From assembly GCA_964604015.1 (NCBI GenBank), contig CAZRXF010000004.1, positions 4,861-68,860 on the forward strand: a stretch of 64,000 nt of DNA. The letters are read 5' to 3'. Under the pieces are notes generated by a model, which was not told the DNA's origin, searched no databases, and saw only the letters and a program-made list of their open reading frames with translations. Origin of the DNA: an uncultured Pseudomonadota bacterium. GTDB taxonomy: Bacteria > Babelota > Babeliae > Babelales > CAIQNR01. Of the stretch, positions 62,389 through 64,000 are shown in pieces (the first letter of the stretch is position 1; every line of letters begins with the position of its first letter). Both the position numbers and the translations under genes were made by a program.

Positions 62389-64000
62389 TATGGCGTTACT
62401 GCTGGATCAGGCGCAGTGGAAGGGGAGTGAGTATGGTGGTGAGGATTTTCCAGCGTGCCGTGAGACATCATGTAGATCTTGATGCCAAAAATAGCAGCAC
62501 TGAGTGGGAAAAGGAGCCAGTATTTTTTTAACCATTCTTTCCAGTCCATGCCCACGTGAATCTCATTTTTTTCAAGAAATTGGGGAAGCTCTTCCACAAG
62601 GATATCAAGCAGATTGAGGATATCCTCAAGTGGCATTTGTTGCAGTTGGTCAAGAGGAAGCCGCCCTTTTCCTTCAATAAACAGGGGGCGGCACCGGGAA
62701 GAAGCATGGTGCGTTGCCGTTGTATGAAGAAGATGTGTTACAAAACAGGCAAATTCTTTCATGATTTGTTCGTCTTGAATGTATTTATACCGATTTATGT
62801 TGTTCCAAAAGGAAAAAAGGGGACGGAAGGAACGGGTTCGATAGAGCGCTCGAATCATCACCAAGACCGGCTCTTTAGTAATGTTAAGTTGTTCAAGGCA
62901 CGGATCAATTTCATCACCAGTGCTGTTGCTGCAGCTGAGGCGCAAAAGCCCCTGCGCGTTAAGAAGATAGAGTTTGTGAAGCGCGGGTTCCATTCTTTTC
63001 AGGAGATAGAATCGACTGATCACCTTATCAATTTCAATCCATGGCCTGAAATCAGAAAGAAGGGCTCCCTGTTCCTGTGAAAGATTTTTGTAAAGTCGTG
63101 CGGTGGGTGTGGGCTGTGAGGAGAGAAAAATGTGGAGTAACGGGGCATAGTGTTGGTTTGCAGGGGAGCTCAGGACAGTGTGTGAGAGGATAAAAATTTC
63201 TTTGGTAAAATCTTCAATAAGTTTTTGATCACACACATCGCGGTATGCCTTAAAATCTTCCCAGACAAGAGCAAGCGGTTTAAGAAGCAAACTTGTTTTT
63301 GTTGGTTCTGAAGAAGATTCGCGGGAGGTGAGTTTAAGAAGGATTTTTGCTACTTCTTCAAGTCGTTTAATGTAGTAGTAACGGTGAAACACCATATTGG
63401 TAAAAGACTCAGGTGTGGTGTTGTATTCTGTTTTGATGAGGGTACTGATGGAAGAAAGATCGGTAGTTTTTATGTGGGGAACAGAACGAGGAAGGGCCAA
63501 AGGCTCATGAGCATAGGCAGAAAGACGATTGCTGTATTTTTCATTGACCGTATCGATGAGGGTGAGGATTTGTTCTATGGAAAGTTCTTGCAGTTCATCA
63601 AATGTTTCAGTTGATCGAAGTGTGAAAGCGTCTTTGTATACCAGACACAAAAGAAGGAGGAGTTCCTTAGTGAAGGTAGGGCTTTTTATAAAATCAAAAC
63701 TTTGAAATTGGCCAATGACCTGTATGAGTGGGCCAAGATGTTTTTCTTCCAACAACAGAGAAAAATATCCAGCTATCACAGGATCGTTAAAAATAAGATC
63801 TTCTTTTTTAAATCCAAGGTTCTCAACGCCGTGAAGAAGAATAGGAACATTTCGGTCGTGGAGCGATTTGAAAAGCACAAAGCTTGCATGGAGTCTTTTT
63901 GTTAGGTAGTAACGAAGGGCAAAACTTGCGCAGAAATCATCAGTATAGACATGTGGAGTTGGTGGTCGTTGAACGGCAACAAGCGCAAGAGGAGAGTAGC
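62388..64000 (-). CDS. Hypothetical helical protein with C-terminal TM helix and His-rich tail (probably 5' partial)
   Basis: The track ORF 62388-63878 starts at GTG, but I read the same frame with no stop up to base 64000, so the gene may begin beyond the window. C-terminus WLLFPLSAAIFGIKIYMM then ENPHHHTHSPS. Confidence 0.6.
   Translation of the reverse strand, partial: YSPLALVAVQRPPTPHVYTDDFCASFALRYYLTKRLHASFVLFKSLHDRNVPILLHGVENLGFKKEDLIFNDPVIAGYFSLLLEEKHLGPLIQVIGQFQSFDFIKSPTFTKELLLLLCLVYKDAFTLRSTETFDELQELSIEQILTLIDTVNEKYSNRLSAYAHEPLALPRSVPHIKTTDLSSISTLIKTEYNTTPESFTNMVFHRYYYIKRLEEVAKILLKLTSRESSSEPTKTSLLLKPLALVWEDFKAYRDVCDQKLIEDFTKEIFILSHTVLSSPANQHYAPLLHIFLSSQPTPTARLYKNLSQEQGALLSDFRPWIEIDKVISRFYLLKRMEPALHKLYLLNAQGLLRLSCSNSTGDEIDPCLEQLNITKEPVLVMIRALYRTRSFRPLFSFWNNINRYKYIQDEQIMKEFACFVTHLLHTTATHHASSRCRPLFIEGKGRLPLDQLQQMPLEDILNLLDILVEELPQFLEKNEIHVGMDWKEWLKKYWLLFPLSAAIFGIKIYMMSHGTLENPHHHTHSPSTAPDPAVTP

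Noticed and set aside
62556-63080. 174-aa plus-strand ORF
   Set aside because: It is antisense to the long 62388-64000 ORF and has no start context.
1-64000. CRISPR arrays, transposases, integrases, phage genes, toxin-antitoxin pairs or known defence-system genes
   Set aside because: I saw none on either strand. The P1-P7 block therefore cannot be called a mobile island on present evidence, only a synteny interruption.

Overview
Bacterial chromosomal window with Shine-Dalgarno-led genes and Gram-negative-type signal peptides. I cannot assign a lineage without a database search. The mix of core genes with many secreted orphan proteins and a eukaryote-type phospholipase suggests a host-associated bacterium, but that is inference. 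Housekeeping backbone: sufB (5' partial)-sufD, sufS, sufU, dnaJ, tilS, gyrB, tadA, a DksA/TraR zinc-finger gene, tRNA-Thr(CGU), rpsI, glmS, an S41 C-terminal processing protease, ftsB, sodA, lysS. The dominant feature is a 25-kb block (1604-26792, all minus strand) of seven genes, here called P1-P7 (766-1987 aa). They form one divergent paralog family of secreted, largely disordered modular proteins, with no enzyme motif I can recognise. The block sits exactly between sufBD and sufS. Other accessory content: (1) two copies of a hairpin-mosaic intergenic repeat element (38692-39432, 59375-59977) whose stems keep pairing through compensatory substitutions; (2) a secreted cPLA2/PLB-type (eukaryote-like) phospholipase (60046-62235); (3) a three-gene paralog cluster of secreted proteins next to an orphan TonB-like gene (42397-46152); (4) a run of eight small signal-peptide ORFs (31984-37402); (5) a secreted protein built from an internal 141-aa tandem duplication (53394-54326). 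No CRISPR array, transposase, integrase or rRNA was seen. All functional calls rest on motifs read by eye, and no similarity search was run.
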